From NCBI RefSeq assembly GCF_001949145.1, contig NW_019091358.1, forward strand, positions 93,984 through 157,983: 64,000 nucleotides of DNA, written 5' to 3'. This DNA is from Acanthaster planci. Its lineage: Eukaryota. The translations under genes and the position numbers were made by a program. This document shows positions 1-14,619 of the stretch, piece by piece. Numbering within the stretch: the stretch's first letter is position 1; every line of letters starts with the position of its first letter. The notes beneath the pieces are model-generated. The model was given only the letters and a program-made list of their open reading frames with translations, made no database searches and was not told the origin of the DNA.

Positions 1-3000
1 ATTGTGCACATAGAGTTGGAGAATAATTCATACCTTAGTAATTGTTGATTGTCTTCAAACTTACAGCAAGCACTAACTTTACAACGAAGATAATTCTAAA
101 ATATTTACGTCATGATGACGTCATCACGTGATTTATTATTAAATTTTTAAAATTCCGTTAAATATATAAAAAATCCATATAAAATCAACCGTGGCCTCCC
201 ATGGTTAATATCATGTAACAAGTCATATTAGATTATCTTAGTGGACATCCAATTGCATTAGTTGAAATTATAAATTAAACTTTTTCAGTGTATATGTCAC
301 GTCCAGAATATAAAATTGTACATTTTTACTCTTTCATAGTTTCTTAATGCCAGGTTTTTTCGTCACAATTGCCAATACTTATGTTGTTGGTGAAACAGTC
401 CCGAAACAGCTCTGTGTTTGTACTTGTTTACAAACACTTCTATCGAGTTGTTCTTTTTCAGACCAATTCCTTCCACCAGTCGACTTTGGCAGTTTGCTAA
501 ATCTGATCGACTTCAAACTCGGCAGACCTTTGGACAATCATCCAAGGATGGTCCTAGAAGAAATTCACAGTAATAACTTAATTAGTTTATTTATTGATTT
601 TTGAATAATTACTTTTCCCATAGACTTTGTACACAGATTGCACACAGTTTTCGGACTGTCCTCTATCAGGCTATGAGGGCGCTATTGCAGAATTATGGTT
701 ACACCTGCCTGGGGTTTTAATTGTCAACAAACTGTCCTACATTGAACCATAGATGGCGTTGTTGCTCAACATAGGGTTTGTACACAATTGTCCAGCATAA
801 TGCGTGAGCAGTCCTCAACTTCGACCGAGAATTACTACCAAAACGAAAGAGAAATCAAACTAAATTTTCCCTTTCGTTCGATTGCAAATAACCCGGGAGT
901 CCAAATATCAAATAGTATTTCATAAGTTTTTTCCAGTTAAGACAAAAATCGCGTATCATGAAATTAAAGGAGCAGTTTTCCTGCATACATGTTTCTAGCC
1001 CATTGACTTTGTACACGTTTTCGAGCCACAAATTTGGTGACTTTGCAATGTTTGATCATTCCAAAAGTGATAGCCAACAAAGACCCTGATGCAAGATTTA
1101 TTGCAAAGGGATGACATCATGATGACATCATCACCTTATTTTATATTAGTTTTTGAATATTTAATTTTTCCCCATAGGTTTTGTACACGTTTTTCTACTT
1201 AACACGAGTGAGCGAGTAGTCTTTAACTTTGGCTCAAGATTACTATAAGAACGAGAGAGAAATCAGGTACTTTACGCTCTGTTATTTGATTTTAAATATG
1301 CCTAAGAGTCCGAATATGAAATAATATTTCATAAAAATTGTTCAGTTTAAGCGGAAATCACGTGACTTCAACTTAAAGGAGCAGTGTTTCTGCAAACGAG
1401 TTTATAGCCCATTGACTTTGTACACGTTTTCAAGGCACAATTTTTAAACCTTTGGGACGTTTGATCATTATCAAAGTGACAGCCAATAAAGACCCTGATA
1501 CAAAATTTTATTGTAAGTAAATGACATCATGATGACGTCATTATGTGATTTACTATTGATTTTTCAATATTTATTTAAGCTCATTGACTTTGTACACGTT
1601 TTCAAGTCAGCATTTGGGTTAGTTTGAAAGGTTTGCTCAACCTCAAAGTTACGGACAACAAAGACCCTGATGAAAGAATTTTGCTAAATATATGACGTTA
1701 TGATGACGTCATCACAAATTTTTTAATTGATTTTTGGATATTTAATCTTCACCCATGGGTTTTGTACACGTTTTTTAACAGCCTGTCCTTGGCATTTTGG
1801 TAAATCTGAATTATTTCCTTCAATGTACACTTGAAGTCCCTCACGAAGAGAGGCTCCCAAAGAAAAATTGTCAAAATAACATCATCAAGGGTCACGTGAC
1901 ACAAGATTAAAGTTTTCCCCATAGGTTTTGTACATGTTTTTTTTACTACACAATATTATCGATCTTAATGAGGGTAGTCCTGAATTTCGGCTGAGAATTA
2001 CTATGAGAGCAAAAGAAAGATCCTTACTTTTTTCATCTTCGTTCGATTACAAATATACTCAAGAGTCCGAATATCCAATATTATTTCAGATTTGTTTTTC
2101 AATGTTAATGCTAATCACGTGCATGTTTTTTCTAACGTCAAAGACTGTTGCACTCATACATCTGGATGACTTGGTATTGGAAGCATAGGTAGTCCAAAAA
2201 CCTGTGGGGCTGATTAAAGTTTCAGTTTTATTTACAGGGTCTGTACAGGTTTTCACTTTACATGTTTGTTGATTTTACCAGTGCTTTGCCTGGGAATTGC
2301 TGTGAGAATTTCAAATACATTACCCTTACAGATAGTTTGATCAGTTTTTCAAAAAAATAAAGAAAATAAAAAATTAAAAAATTCTGAAACAGCTGAGTGG
2401 TTGTTCACAACCTCCTTCAGTTAGCTGTTTTGGCAAGAGCCGGAACAGCTCTTGCTTCCGTTAAAAAATTTTTTTTTAAAATTCTTTTCCTTTTTCAGAC
2501 TTTTCCCCATAATGTTTGTACACATTTTCTTCCACTAGTCGACTTTGGCAGTTTACTAAATCTGATCAACTTCAAACATGGCGAACCCTTGGACAATCAT
2601 CCAAGGATGGTCCTTGATGAAATTTGTGGTGATGATGTCATCACGCGATTTCTTGTAGAATTCTGAATATTTAATTTTTCCCATTGACTTTGTACACGTT
2701 TTCAAGCCACTATTTTCAAACCTTTGAAATGTTTGATCGCTGTCAAAGTGATAGCCAACAAAGGCCCTCATGCAAAAATTTTTCTAAAGAAATGACGTCA
2801 TGATGACATCATCATGTGACTTAGTTTTTAATTTTCAGTATTTATTTCAGCCCATTGAATTTGTACACGTTTTCAAGGCACAATTTTGAAACCTTTGCGA
2901 TACCCTGATACAAGAATTGTCATGATGACAGCATCAGCATGTTATTTAGCATTGCTTTTTCAATATTTATTTCAGCCCATTGACTTTGTACACATTTTCA

Positions 3001-3637
3001 AGCCACGTACAATCTGGGTGACTTTGAGATGTTTGATCACGATCAAAGTTACAGCCAACCAAGACCTTGATAAAAGTTGTTAGCTTAATATTTCCAAATA
3101 GGTCACTTGGGAGACATTTTGTGGTAAATTTTTCAACATTAGGGAGACATCGGTCATTAGGGAGACATCGGTCATCAGGGAGACATTTCAATGTCTCCCC
3201 AATGCTCCAACTACCAAAAGGAGGACAATTTTTATTGTCCACATTTTGAGAGATGGGTCAGAAAGGAAAACATGCAAAGTTTGGTTAAGATCGGATTAGG
3301 GAATATTGAATTAATGGACGGTAAAGTGTGTGCTTGTTCCTATAGGAATGTCTCCCAAGTGACCCATTTTCGGTAATAAGAATTTATGATGTCATGATGA
3401 AGTCATCAACTAGTTTTTTATTGATTTTTGAATATTTGATTTTCCAGTATAGGTTTTGTAGATGTTTTTTAAAAGCCAGTGTTCGGTACTCTTGTCAATC
3501 TGATTGAATTATGTAACATTCACGAAATGTTAATATTTACTATTCGTGCTGATATTTTCATAATTAGTTTTTTTAAATGCTTTCTCGAAAATGCCGAAAC
3601 AGCCTGCAGTTGTTTTAACAACCATCAAACCTCTAGT
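1..3637 (+). repeat. Cluster of nested/tandem non-autonomous Helentron-type (HINE/DINE-like) elements with internal ~170-190 bp repeat units
   Basis: Recurrent unit cccattgactttgtacacgttttc...caaagtgatagccaacaaagaccctgat...gatgacgtcatca. 5' inverted repeat agctgtt/aacagct at 2423-2450. 3' motif gaaacagc plus short hairpin near 401-437, 2385-2412 and 3595-3622. Confidence 0.65.
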
Positions 3638-6029
3638 TTTGCTTTGAATTAGTTTGCTCTATGGCATGTGCTTTTTCTGAGCGACAGTCACAATAGGAGG
3701 TTGCATAATCCTTAGGTTCCCTGCTTTTACCAAGCATTGGGAACGTGTAGGACAAAAAAATTGTTGCGTTGTTTAATTGATTGGTGCCACACACATGTGC
3801 TTGCAGCCTTATCTGGGCTTCCTGAACAACTTTATAGCTTGTGCTTGTGGCTAAGGTTCATAAATAAATGGAAGGTCTGTTTTGGCGTACAGAGCAACAG
3901 ATACACCAGTTGCGATATAAATAAAGATGCCTTTCGACAATAGTCAAGGGATAAGCCTGAAAGGAAGAAGTGAAAGGCAATGTTTCTGCAGGGATACAAA
4001 TTAAAGCCTTACTCTTGGTTCCGCCATCCTTGATTTTATTTGTTGGTGTTGTTTTCTTAGGGTTTTATGGCTAATATTTGATTGGAAAACACCAGTGGAA
4101 AACACCAAAATACTTTCTTTCTCAATCAACTAGGATGGGTTCTGTGTTAAAAAAAAAGGAAAAGTTGACATCGCACTGATTGAGCCATGATGGAATGTGT
4201 ACAAGGAGCACAAGGGACCGGTCGACCAGGCATAGGTACAATGAAAGGCAATCAGGGCCCCAGTGATCATGGCCGGGGATGGTGATTGACCTATATCATA
4301 GCCAACCATTTTAGCTTTATGCCTTTGCAACAGTTTTTTACAACCCTCCTCCCAAAAATGGGAGTCTTAAAACAGTAAAAAATGAAAAATAGAAAGAATA
4401 GCAAAAAAAGTAAAAATGGAAAATAAAAATATATATATATTTTAATGTGTGTATTATATTAAAGGGCAAGGAGCCCTCTTGCAATGAAAGTAATGAAAGA
4501 TTAGCTCAGCGAAAAGGCAGGAGAAGGTGAGGGGTGAATGAGCACTCATTAGCCCCAGAGGGAGAGCAAACAAAGTTTAACTCCACGGAAAAGCTAAGAG
4601 CATGAGGAAAAGGGGAATAAGCCCCTTGGCTCTAATGAAGAAAAGCATAGATGAGCTCGCCAAAGGAAAGGCTGGAGCAGGGAAAAGTCAGGGGAAATCC
4701 CAGCAAAAGTGGGAAACTGTTGGCTTCTCTTCCACATTTCTGACTCCATTACTTTGGAGGTACTGGTTGAAAGGGAATAAGCCCCTTGGCTGTCATAAAG
4801 CAAAGCAAAGATGGACTCGCCAAATGAAAGACTGAAGCATAGACATGTCAGGGAAAAGCCCGGCAAAACTGGAAATGCCCTTTAAATGTTGGCTTCTCTT
4901 CCAAATCTCTTACTCCAGTACTTTGAAGGTACGTGATGAGGATGAGCCAAAAATGACAAAATTTGATATTAGCAACAACATCAAAATCATATCATCAATT
5001 ACTCTTGGGGGTCAATCTTAGTCAGGCTCGAGTAAGAGCCATTTTGCTGGCTACTGACCCTGCATACACACAAACTACACCATGTGAGCAGTTCAAGCAT
5101 TTGCGCCTTGGCTATATCAAAGAAGGCATAGAGTGGCTTGCCTCATGACAGAGAGGAGCAGGGCGAAAGGGGAATGAGCCCCGTTTGCTATGAAAGCATG
5201 CTTAGAGTAGCTCGCCAATCGTCAGGAGTAAAAGAAAAAGGGGAAATGAGCCTTGGAAATAGGTTTATACAGAAAGAAGTTGCATTTGAAAAATAAGTCG
5301 CGCAGGGTGAGATGGAGTGAGTGAGGAATGGTTGAGATATGGGGGAGCCTGGGCAGGAAAGAGGGTTATGCCCGCGTAAAGAAGGAAAGGGAAGGAAGGT
5401 TGAGTGCATCTGAAAGTTGGAGTGAAAAACCTTTCTACCCATACATGTACCTCAGACTAAAGACTCTGTAGCCCAAACAAAGCGACAATACAGCTTACTG
5501 TTCATCTGTAGCCACTACTATTCACCTGCAGGCCTGTTCGATATTCAGTGTTTCTGAAACCAAAATGGTATTGGTATTGTAACGGGGACCCCTTTGTAGG
5601 GGGCCACACCCACCAGTTGAGAACACAAACTCAAAATCAGTCAACCGAACACAAGTTATTTATTTTGGTCTCCAGAAAAAGTATAAAAAAGGAACATTTT
5701 TATTTCTTAATTCTCTAAAAAAAAGGAGTGAGATTGACCAGGCTAGGTCCCCATAGCACTCGACAACATAGCAAACAAAATACAGACTTACATGACAGAA
5801 GAGAGACATTGACGGACGGTAGTGACTTGTACAAAATAAACAGGCTAAAACTAACGTCACAGTGTGTACAGGAAAAAAGACCACCGCCCGTCAAGCTACA
5901 GAGATGTGTCCCCAGCCAGAGTGTTCTGTGGAAATGCCTCACCCAGTGTTTTTTTTTTTTTTTAGTTTTAATGGCGCTTTCAGCAACTCAGGCTATTTTC
6001 GCCAATAACTGTACGTTTATTCATACACT

Positions 6030-6250
6030 TTATTAATCAGCATCACATTACAGAGTTAGGAAGAAGGTCCAGTTTTAGAGGCAGGGGGAAACCGGAGTAC
6101 CCGGAGAAAACCTGCGAGAGCAAGTATAGACTGGAAACCAAATGCACTTAAAGCCTGAGCCAAGCCGGGCCTCGAACCCAGGCCTCGTTGGTGCAAAGCG
6201 AGGAAAGAACCCAGTGGTAGTTGCATGGGCCTTTTTTGCCCACCTAGCAA
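6030..6250 (-). mobile_element. tRNA-derived SINE with V-domain-like core
   Basis: Minus strand has B-box-like gggttcgaggccc and the core ggttttctccgggtactccggtttcc. Confidence 0.6.
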
Positions 6251-6689
6251 ACCATCAGTGGAATGCTAGAAACAGTCCACTGTACCTTTTGTACTTCATC
6301 TCGATGGACATTGCCCAGCACCCTCAAAAAGGAATGTGCCAACACAATGAATATACCCACCAGCTGGGTCTTAACCCAGCACCAGAGACCTTTTTTGTTA
6401 CATTATTATTGTGATGACATCATTTTTGGGGGGTTCAGTTTCATGTCTGCCACTGTTGCATCACAAGGTCTGTATAAAATGTAAAGTCTGATCAGACAGT
6501 CCTTATAGTCACCAATGGTGCCGATCCCTGAAGTGCTGCACCGGCATGAATTTTACTTTTCTCATCAGATGAACCATTTCCAAAAAGAATTGAATAGTTT
6601 TAATGAGTGAAATTTTACCTCAAAATGGTTAATTATTGTGAGGCTTGGAGTATCTTTCACAGGTGAAAATAAAAACAACAAACTTCCCT

Positions 6690-7890
6690 CCAAAAATGTA
6701 TGCCAACCATGGCGCCATCATGACCTCATCATGTGATTTATAATGGATTTTTGCATATTTAAGTTTTCCAATATGTTTTGTACATATTGTTGATAGGTCT
6801 TCTGACCCATCTGGCAATCTTGCACCTTTATTAAAGTCATACAAAGCAAAGCCTGGGACTCAAAAATGTAATAAAAGAATTAATTATCATTCATGTTAAA
6901 TTTTCAAAAACCACATAAAATCAACCATGACTTCCGGAGCTTGCTTTTTGCACTAATAGAATAATCTCCTATCTTCATTTCTTCTCATGTATGTAAAACT
7001 GCTTGACCCCCATTTTTGGTTAAAACTGTTGCAAACTGTAAGTGCTTTATAATTTAAAATTGGTAACCGATATAAATGTACTTTTAATGGTCTTTGTCTT
7101 CGACACAGTGGTATTCCTCAAACATTCACTGGTTACATCATGCAACACTCGAGCGCCCTTTGGTGACACCATTACGTCCAAAAAATTCAAAAATGTATTT
7201 TGAATAGATCTCTTTGGCAAAGTTCGCTTGAGTCGCTTGAAAATTGGTAGACACAGTGACTTTTACGTCTGCAACATTTCTACAAAAATTGGGGCTGATG
7301 ATGTCATCAGACTGGAAGTTACAATGAAAAAAACTTTAATTCGTAATTCATTACAAATGGCTAAAAAATCAATCCCGACAGCTGCAGGCCAAAGTTGCCC
7401 TTTGAAAACTGGAATAAATATCTGTATCCATTGTCCAAGATTTAAGGCTCCTTTAATTGTTTATACACACTGTGTGCTGCTACTGAAAAACCTGCTGTCC
7501 GTTGATTATGCTTGCAACACGACCCATAGGGGTAAGAGCCATGTGCTTCTTTTTTACATGTAACCCATATAAAGGGGCCACTCTGCTTCCGGAGCAGTGT
7601 TTTGGCAATGTACTGACCACACGGCAGGGAAAAGCGTGTGAGTGTGTAATGACGAATCTACCTGCTTGATTAGCAGGCAGATTCATCACAGTGAAAGAAA
7701 TTAGCATGTACTGTGATGGCTGCATCAAGAGGGTAGCGGTCTATTAAGGCCCATTAAGTCCCAAGAAAAGTACTGTACCTGCTGAAGTTTATGAAAGATC
7801 GTTTTGAAACCCTATATACCAACTTTTTTTTGACTGAAAAACTCCTCGAAACAGCTCAGTGTTTTGACAAACACAATGTTCATCTTGTTT
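6690..7890 (+). repeat. Further HINE-family related repeat
   Basis: Shares atcatgacctcatcatgtgattt / ttttgtaca units; ends in cgaaacagctca plus hairpin gtgttt/aaacac at 7847-7875. The left boundary is approximate. Confidence 0.45.
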
Positions 7891-8539
7891 TCGTTTTCTT
7901 CTTCTTGTCGCAGTTCTCTGAATATCCCATTTCTTTTGTACAGAGTTTTCACAGGAGGACTTTAGTCCCTGTGCAAGGTTGAATCTTGATCAAAGTTTCC
8001 TGAAGCACAGACCCTATGGCAATCATTGGCCTAATAGGGAACTTAAAGGCATGGCTGTCCGAAAATTGGCATGCATAATGTCTGACCATATTCATAAGCA
8101 AGTGTGATTATAGGATGAACAATTTTATTTTGAGCGTTTATTAGTTCAATGATATTTTACAAAATGACTGTGGAATGTTCTGTTCAAGGTGGCACAGCTG
8201 AGTAGAATGAATACTCTCTGTGTCTCTGAATGAATGATTCTTTCTGTTGTACCACTGTGGAATTGTTACTACCTAAATAAACAAATCCTTGCATTACCTA
8301 CAAGTTCAGAAATTCCTGAAGAGCTGGTCAGGGCTCCACAAGTGTGGCCTTGCATTGGAACTTGCTGTGGAAAGAACATTTATTTTTGCCTTGCTATGCA
8401 CTGTATCAGTTACCTGAAATCAATAACCCAATAATCAGATCACAGGAATTTAATCAGGTATTGTAAAGAATACCTTTTCACGTCATTCAAGTGTACATAC
8501 ATGTCTTTTATTATTTCTTTTTACACATACTGTACTTAG

Positions 8540-8719
8540 GTTCTCATCTTGTCATGACCTTATCCTCTCACGGTTCTGTGCTGCTGATTTCAAAGTCCAC
8601 AACATAGTTGGTATCAAGATTCACACTATCACCAGAGTTCACAACAGAATGCTGCAATATCGCTTTGATAACAAGCTGAGTGCCAGTGTTGAGGAAGAGG
8701 AGTCACTTACTGTAAGCAG
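8540..8719 (+). CDS. LRRC9: LRRC9 internal exon (phase 2 to 2)
   Basis: ttag|G...AG|gtgag; encodes FSSCHDLILSRFCAADFKVHNIVGIKIHTITRVHNRMLQYRFDNKL, matching the LRRC9 segment I recall as xLILSRFCxxDF...GVK...xNRxL. Confidence 0.88.
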
Positions 8720-10276
8720 GTGAGACATTTCCATGAAAGATTGATTGTAAATGTAGATATTGAAAACTATTCTGTATTCCTCTTTCTCTTGTGGTAGATT
8801 GCCAAGAATGGACAAACCTTACATGCAAAAATTGTTAATATTCAAGCCATTAGATCCTTTTGCCTCTGAAAATGACTTCCGTGGATGACGTGCGAACAGG
8901 CTCAATTTTTCCTAATTTGTTCTGCAGACTACATGGGTACTCATTTAGGAATTATATTATTTCGTTTCTGCAGTTACAATGTTAACACTATGAAAGTTAG
9001 ATGTTAAATGTTGTTTCCTGGTTAAAAGTATTCTACCCTGATTTTAACCCCGTTTTAATTGCATAGATCAAGCAAAAATGTCCATGCCGTTTTTAACAGT
9101 GTTTCAACCGAACCCACCACTCTTTGTTATTCAAGCCTTAATCCTCTCCTGGTCTATCGGCAGTCCAAATGGACAGTCACCCATTTTAACTGTGTTTCAA
9201 CAGTGTGGTGGTAGTGCCTACAAACTGCAGTGTCCCATTGAGTAAATTTACTTTTTACCTAATTAAAGAGCGGTTTGGGGGAAATGTAAATCATCTTCCT
9301 TACGTTCCACAAGTTGGAAATTGGCTTTAGTGTATATTAGTGTGCAAAGATATTTCCACACCCGTTTAGATGATAAATTCATTGATGTTTACATATTGTC
9401 ACAGCAATTTTGTACATCCCATCATTTATTAAAAAAAAAAAGATCTCACTTATGTAAAAAAAAAGGTTCGGTTCCCGCAACAGCCGTCGAAGACCAATGA
9501 AATACGTTTTACTTTTCTCGCTCTGCGATCACACTTTAATGACCATGGATTTTGTTCAACGTGTTTCTGTTATTGTTTGCTATGTTGGTACATCTGTTTG
9601 TTTGTGTTGATTTGTAAATTAAAGTGGTAGATACCATGGTTTAGAGTGTGTGAGCAAAAAGAGTCAGAACAATACTGAATGTCACTGAGAAACATTCACA
9701 TTCAAAAGCAGAATCGTGTGTGTGTGTTAAGTGCTGAGATATTTGGTACCAACTTTGCCTGAGATCCCCGAAAACAGCAGGTAGTGATTGCAATCAGAAC
9801 GTGAGAAATCAATCGCCGTGCGAGCGGGCCAAGATTTGGCTAAATTAGAGTCAATATCGGTCCCAAATCAACGGCCGGTTTGTTCACATTTTACAACACT
9901 CAGCCCGGATACCACACCTCGTCAAAGAATTATACAGACTTTGTTGAACATACCCATTAGTTTAACGTTTATAGTATCATATAATGGGTAATGTGTTTAA
10001 GATAGAGAAGGCAATGGGAATTGAGTTTATTATAAACCTTTGTCATTGAACCCACTCAATATCTCACAAAATGGCAATGAGGATGTTTAAATAGTCATAT
10101 AGAATAACAAAGGATATATTTGCTCACCTGTACAAGTAAACATTTGGCATATTGCATTGATATCTGAGCTGTTTTGGGAGTGATTTGGGGACCCTTTTTC
10201 CCGTGCTCCAACCCTTCGTTACATATTGTGCATGCCAATACATGAACATACACACGTGTATAGTCGGTGAACATTA

Positions 10277-13200
10277 TGGCGTCGGGACTCATTGGTCGAA
10301 TTGACCCATTTAACAGCAAAGAGGAGGACTGGCCAACATGTGAAGCGTCTCGAGCAGTATTTTGAAGCCAATGGAATTGTTAATGAGCGAAAAGTTTCAG
10401 CATTTATCAGCCTCATTGGATGTAAAACATACGGACTGCTCAAGAACCTCACTACTCCAGCCAAGCCATCATCCAAGTCATATGCTGAACTGATTCAGAT
10501 TTTGACAGCACATCTCGCCCCCAAACCCTTGGTGATCGCAGAGCGCTTCCGTTTCCATAAGCGAGATCAGAAGGAGGGGGAACGTATCAGCACCTACCTT
10601 GCCAAGTTACATAAACTGGCTGAACATTGCCATTTTGGCGAATACCTCGACCAGGCACTTCGTGACCGATTTGTCTGTGGCTTGCGGGCAGGTAGCATTC
10701 AAAAACGCCTACTTGCTGAAGATAAGCTGACACTAAAAAGGCAACAAAGATTGCAACGGCGATGGAAACAGCCGCTAAAGATGCCATTAAAGTTCAACAG
10801 CAGACCAATTCCGACCCGACTGTACATGTTGTAGCAAAAGCAAAACATCATGCTGCAGATGTGGCAGATCAGGACATTCTGCTGACACTTGCCGATTCAA
10901 AGATGCAACGTGTCATGCATGGGGAAAAACTGGCCACATAGCACCAGTCTGCCGTTCCAAACCTCGTTCCCAGGGCAACAAACTGCAGTCAAAGCCCAGA
11001 CAACCCCAACCTTGGCGTAAGGGAAAAGTCAAAGTTATGGAAGAAATTCCACAAACAGATGATGAAGATGAGGACATTTTGATAGCCAGAATGAGAGTAC
11101 ACAACGTAGATGGAAACAAATGTGATATGAGCACTGCTGTCTGGGTCACACTCTCCATCAACAACCAGCCAGTAAAGATGGAAGTTGACACAGGGTCAGC
11201 CATCACAATACTATCCATGGCTGACTATGAGAAATTCTTCCAGGGAGACAAGTAACACCCAACCAAGATGAAACTGCAGACTTACACGAGAGAGAAAGTC
11301 TCGCCAGCAGGGTTCTTGGAGGTGAACGTTGAGTACAACAAACAGCGGTACACTGGGAAGATCTACGTCATTGATAGTGGTGGTACCCCATTGCTTGGCC
11401 GTGACTGGCTAGCCCACATTAAATTGAACTGGCCAAAATTATTGGCTCTATCGACGGCTGTGCCCCCAACTACAGGCACGACTGAGGCCAAGCTGAAATC
11501 CCTGTTGAACGAATACCCAGAGCTTTTCACAGAGGAAATTGGTGAATTGACGGGTATCAATGGGAAACTCAACCTGAAGGAGAATGCCCAGCCGGTATTT
11601 GACAGCCAGGCAGGTACCTTATGCCTTACGCCCAAAGTGGAAGCAGAATTGACAAAACTGCAGGAACAAAATATAATTTCCCCTGTAGAGCACAGTGAAT
11701 GGGCAATCCGAATTGTTCCAGTGGCAAAACCGAATGGAGGGGTATGCATTTGTGGTGATTTTAAGGTGACGGTGAATCCAAACCTGAACATCGATCACTT
11801 CCCATTACCCAGAGTGGAAGATTTCCTTGCCACTCTCGCAGGTTGGCAGAAGTATAGCAAACTTGATTTACGGCAAGCATACCTGCACATGGTGATAAAT
11901 TCAGAATCCAAAAAATTACTCACCATAAACACCCACAAAGGTCTGTTTACCTTCAATCGCCTAGCATTTGGAGTAGCCTCTGCACCAGCAATCTGGCAGA
12001 GAACCATGGAACAACTGCTCCAAGGCATACCTGGAGTCCAGTGTATCCTAGATGACATGATTATCACAGGCCGTACTGATGAGGAACACCTCAGCAATCT
12101 GAGGAGGGTCCTTGACGTGCTCAAGCACCATGGCCTGTGCTTGAACAAAGCAAAATGTGTGTTCTTCAAGAACAAAGTGATCTTCTGTGGCCACGAGATA
12201 ACCTTTGAAGGTTTAAAGAAAGCCCAAGACAAGATCAAAGCGGTGAAAGATGCCCCTCATCCTACCAGCGTGAGGCAACTACGCTCATTCCTGGGCTTGG
12301 TGAACTACTATCACTGTTTCCTACCTAATTTGGCAACTGAACTGCATCCACTGAATGAGCTTCTCCAGAAGAGCCACAAGTGGGTGTGGACTCCTACTTG
12401 TGAGAAGGCATTTGAGAAAGCCAAGTCCTTGATCACATCAGATGAAGTTTTGACACACTATGATCCAAGCCTACCTTTGAAGCTGGCATGTGACGCCGCA
12501 CCCTATGGTCTTGGCGCTGTCATGTCACATGTCATGCCTGATGGTACCGAACGCCCAGTAGCCTGTGCGTCACGTACCTTGACGTCGGCTAAATGCAAGT
12601 ATTCCCAGATTGACAAAGAGGCACTTGCGGGGAGTAAAGAAGTTTAACCCGTACCTATCAGGACGAAAGTTCACCATGGTGACGGACCATCAACCCCTGA
12701 CCTGTATCTTCAATTCTGTGAAAAGCACTCCTGTGACTGCAGCAGCACGTCTAGCAAGATATGCAGTCTTCCTTGACAGTCATGATTACAGCATCGAATA
12801 CAAAAACACTGCAAAACACAGCAATGCTGATGGATTATCAAGATTGCCCATGAGCCAGACTGCATCAGAACCAACAGATCCTGTTGACATCCTCCACATG
12901 TCACAACTTGACACACTGCCAGTCTCCAGCAGTGACATCCGCAGGGAAATTACAAAGGACAAAACACTCAAAGTCGTCAACAGACACTGACCCAACCTTG
13001 GCAGCCTACCATAGCCGCAGAAATGAAATCGCTGTACATGATGGTTGCTTGATGTGGGGACTGTGCGTAATAATTCCTGACAAGTTGCACACACAAGTCC
13101 TGAGAGAGCTTCATGAGGGTCATCTGGGTGTTGTCAAGATGGAAACTCTCTCTCAAGGATTTGTTTGGTGGCCCGAAATTGACCACGACATTGAACAGTT

Positions 13201-14247
13201 GGTCAAGGAATGTTCCGGGTGTCAGAAAGTACAACACCCCCGCTAAAGCCCCACTACATACCTGGGAATGGCCTGTAAAACCCTGGCAAAGAATTCACAT
13301 CGACTACGAAGGTCCGTGCATGGGACAGATGTTCCTGGTAGTTGTTGATGCATACTCAAAATGGCCTGAAGTCATCCAAACTACCACCACAACATCCAGC
13401 CAGACCATTGACATCCTCAGGGGCATATTCTCACAACATGGTATCCCTGAACAACTTGTGAGTGACAATGGCCCTCAGTTCATATCGGAGGAATTTCAAA
13501 CCTTCCTGAAACGCAGTGGGGTTCGACACATTACTTCAGCCCCCATATCACCCATCAAAAAACGGGCTTGCAGAGCGTTTTGTTCAAACCTTCAAAAATG
13601 GACTGCAGTCAATGGAAGGGGAGAAAGGGATCAGTAAAGCAGAAGTTGTGCGGCTTTCTTCTTGCTTATCGGAATGCACGACATGCCACTACTGGTCATT
13701 CTCCAGCCTACCTACTCATGGAACGATACCTCCGATCGAGACTGGACATCATAAAACCGGACATACGTCAGCGTGTTGCTCATAAACTGCTTGAGCAATC
13801 CGCCAGTTGCAAATCTGTGAAGCCAACCAGAAACCTGCACAAAGGCCAACATGTGCTGGTTCGTAACTACCGAGATAGCCAGAAGTGGATCCCAGGTGTA
13901 ATCCATTGCCAAACTGGGCCCTTGTAGTACGAGGTTCTAGTCAGCCCAGACTCCATCTGGCACAGACACATTGATCAGCTTCTTGATGCCGATACTGGAA
14001 ACCACACATCTTCAACCAGCAGCCTGAGATGATCCAGCATGACCAAGTGCCCCAGATTATTCCAGACACCACTTACCAGAAGACACTGGATTCTCCAACC
14101 CCTACTCTATCCATGCAGACTCCAGCAGTCATCCATTCTAAAGCAGATCCACTGACTACTTCCAAGGGCCCAATGTCGGAGCCACCTAGCAATGAACGTC
14201 GCTACCCACAGAGGAAATGCAAACCACCAGACAGACTGGATCTCTAA
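10277..14247 (+). pseudogene. gag-pol of the Gypsy element, many frameshifts/stops
   Basis: Fragments 10292-10834, 11037-11255, 11268-12647, 12610-12990, 12884-13246, 13113-13637, 13568-13927 and 14029-14247 fall in gag-PR-RT-RH-IN order. Confidence 0.9.
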
Positions 14248-14619
14248 ACCCTTACACTCATAACACCCGACAGGCTTGGGTAGCCACCCTACTTTAAGTT
14301 AAGTGTTTCAAGTTAAACAAAAAAAAAGAGAAAAAGGGAAATTAAGTTCAGTTTTAGTTAAACAAAAAAAACAAAAACAAAACAAAAAAGGTTTTAGGAA
14401 ACTCATGTTGAGATTCCATAATACTCAGTGTTTGACGGTGAAGCATAAACAAAAGAAACTGCACTTTGTGTAATATTCCCTATCCTCATAAACACACAAA
14501 TGAAACCAGCTAAGTTCAGTATACAATTCAAACAGCTGAACTAGACATTTGAAACTTGAAATGTGGACTTTAATGAAACTGAACCTTTATTTGCAGATAC
14601 TGTTTCAGTGGGGAGGAAA

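Noticed and set aside
900..3200. CRISPR-like repeat/spacer appearance
   Set aside because: Units are long and degenerate, and the intervening sequences are themselves homologous; eukaryotic context, no cas genes.
5578..5861. Solo-LTR candidate TGTAAC...GTCACA
   Set aside because: No target-site duplication and no second copy in the window.
347..8434. Short ORFs in the first 8.4 kb, and antisense ORFs over the Gypsy and piggyBac elements
   Set aside because: They lie in repeats or are shadows of TE genes, with no recognisable protein motifs.
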